Shown: piece after piece, positions 62,820 through 64,000 of the stretch
How positions within the stretch are numbered: the stretch's first letter is position 1
How the letters are laid out: every line of letters begins with the position of its first letter
Assembly (NCBI GenBank): GCA_015068035.1
Contig: SVLI01000007.1
Location: forward strand, 31,176-95,175
Direction of reading: 5' to 3'
Length of the DNA stretch: 64,000 bases
Origin: Oscillospiraceae bacterium
GTDB taxonomy: Bacteria > Bacillota > Clostridia > Oscillospirales > Oscillospiraceae
The notes under the pieces: generated by a model
What the model saw: only the letters and a program-made list of their open reading frames with translations
Database searches by the model: none
What the model was told of the DNA's origin: nothing
Position numbers and translations under genes: made by a program

Positions 62820-63248
62820 GTGAAAATCTGCGACATCATGTCAGACCGCGTCATCTCCATCGGCATGGATGAACCGGTCAGCGCGGCTGCGCGGCTGCTG
62901 AAAAGTCACAACATCGGCGCGGTTCCGGTATGTTCCGGAGACGGAAAGCTGCGCGGCATCGTCACCGACCGCGACATCGTGCTGCGCTGCGTTGCCGCGG
63001 ACGCCGACCCCAACACGACGCCCGTCAAGGAGATCATGTCCCGCGGCATCCTCACAGCGCAACCCTTTGACAATGCGGAAAAGGCCGCCATGCTCATGTC
63101 TCAGGATCAGGTTCGCCGCCTACCCGTTCTGGACAATGGGCGCCTTGTCGGCATCGTCGCGCTCTCGGACCTTGCGCGCAACTCCAACTGCGAGATGGAG
63201 GCTGCTTCCGCGCTTACGGAGATCTCCTCCAACCTGCGACGCCGCTGA
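62820..63248 (+). CDS. CBS-domain pair protein
   Basis: MKICDIMSDRVISI... shows two CBS repeats (GAVPV..GIVTDRDI; RRLPVLDNGRLVGIVALSDL). Confidence 0.85.
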   Translation: MKICDIMSDRVISIGMDEPVSAAARLLKSHNIGAVPVCSGDGKLRGIVTDRDIVLRCVAADADPNTTPVKEIMSRGILTAQPFDNAEKAAMLMSQDQVRRLPVLDNGRLVGIVALSDLARNSNCEMEAASALTEISSNLRRR

Positions 63249-63255
63249 AAATTCA

Positions 63256-63298
63256 CAAAGCCGCCGCCCGGAAAATGCCGGGCGGCGGCTTTGCTTTT
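63256..63298 (+). terminator. Intrinsic terminator
   Basis: The stem is caaagccgccgcccgg / ccgggcggcggctttg, followed by cttttg. Confidence 0.85.
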
Positions 63299-63390
63299 GC
63301 GCAGATCCTCTTGTTTTTTGCAGGTTTTGGGGCTGTGATTTTGTTTCTGCATATTTCTTTTCATTTCTTTGCCGGAAAGTGCCCGCATGT

Positions 63391-63420
63391 TTGACTTTTG
63401 ATGCAATTTCGCTGTATAAT
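63391..63420 (+). promoter_or_regulatory. Putative sigma-A promoter
   Basis: TTGACT, then 18 nt, then TATAAT. Confidence 0.6.
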
Positions 63421-63489
63421 GCCCGTATACATAGCAAACGGGGTCCTCGGGCCAATCCAATATAATATTCTGATTTCAGAGGTAGAACT

Positions 63490-64000
63490 ATGAAAAAGAA
63501 TCTTGATAGCGAAATGAAGCGCTATCTCCTGTTTGGCGGCATCGCGGCTGCAGCTGTTATCTGCATTCTGCTGATCCTCTTCCTCGGGCCGTTTTCAAAG
63601 ACGAACCGCTACGAGCGGCAGTATGATCAGGCCGAGGCGCTGTATATTGCCGGTGACTACGAGCAGGCCGCAAAGGCGCTTGACAAGGCCCTCAGACTCA
63701 AAGAGACCGAGGATGCCTATCTGCTCCTGGCAAAGAGCTATCTCGCCATAGACGACACCCAGCGCGCGGAAGAGACGCTTCGCTCAGCCGGCGACAAGTT
63801 TGACAGCGAGGCCATTGACGAACTGCTTGAGAGCATTCCCAAGCGGCCCGGTGGCGACGAGACCCAGGATCCGGAGGTTGGCACCATCGTCATTGCCGAC
63901 CAGGAAATCCGCCTGGATGCGACCATCGCCTCCATTCAGCAAAAGGGGTTGGAGGATCTCTCTCCCCTCGCAGAGCTCACGGAGCTGGAGAGCCTCACGC
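63490..64000 (+). CDS. Membrane-anchored TPR-like / leucine-rich-repeat protein; 3' end outside the window
   Basis: Not in the ORF track because it is open-ended. My own translation from the ATG at 63490 gives MKKNLDSEMKRYLLFGGIAAAAVICILLILFLG (TM), then a TPR-like helix pair, then LSPLAELTELESLT (start of an LRR). There is no stop before the window end. Confidence 0.6.
   Translation, partial: MKKNLDSEMKRYLLFGGIAAAAVICILLILFLGPFSKTNRYERQYDQAEALYIAGDYEQAAKALDKALRLKETEDAYLLLAKSYLAIDDTQRAEETLRSAGDKFDSEAIDELLESIPKRPGGDETQDPEVGTIVIADQEIRLDATIASIQQKGLEDLSPLAELTELESLT

Noticed and set aside
1-64000. tRNA, rRNA, tmRNA, RNase P, CRISPR arrays, IS elements with inverted repeats, toxin-antitoxin or recognisable defence-system genes
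   Set aside because: I scanned the intergenic regions and small ORFs by eye and found none. Absence is not proven without tRNAscan, Infernal or defence-finder runs.

Overview
This is a 64-kb chromosomal segment from a GC-rich, spore-forming Firmicute, most likely Clostridia. The assignment rests on sigH, sigG, PolC-type polymerase and the conserved pyrH-frr-uppS-cdsA-dxr-rseP-ispG-polC block. I saw no rRNA, tRNA, CRISPR array or intact transposase. Layout, left to right. (1) 1-11.8 kb holds a tightly packed 11-gene operon of lipid enzymes: a fatty-acid adenylase with fused carrier domain, DegV/FakB, an MFS_2 transporter, a Dak2/FakA-like kinase, a Cys-type alpha/beta hydrolase, a patatin phospholipase, two PlsC-type acyltransferases, a second adenylase, a free ACP, and an unusual LRAT/PLAAT-type acyltransferase fused to an Sfp-type phosphopantetheinyl transferase. 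This is my best candidate for an undescribed system. (2) 11.8-18.8 kb holds a QQPVY-repeat membrane protein, two esterases and a heterodimeric ABC exporter. (3) 19.1-24.5 kb holds an orphan 585-aa protein, then a glycyl-radical enzyme with its activase, substrate unknown. (4) 24.6-31.9 kb is a visibly AT-richer, decaying polysaccharide island. It carries a capD-like fragment, an AsnB-like protein with its nucleophile Cys replaced by Ser, a sugar transferase, a Wzy-like protein, an ATP-grasp pseudogene and a shattered large serine recombinase. (5) 32-42 kb is housekeeping: sigH, glmM, ruvCAB, coaX, citrate synthase, mtnA, deoD, rplS. (6) 42.4-44.6 kb holds a serine-palmitoyltransferase-like alpha-oxoamine synthase translationally coupled to an SDR reductase, unexpected in Clostridia. 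(7) 44.6-47.7 kb holds larC-larB behind a histidine-phosphatase/Cys-rich-domain fusion. (8) 47.7-64 kb holds small membrane proteins, an SLH-anchored SGNH esterase, sigG and the isoprenoid/phospholipid/replication block. All product calls come from motif recognition by eye. No database search was run.
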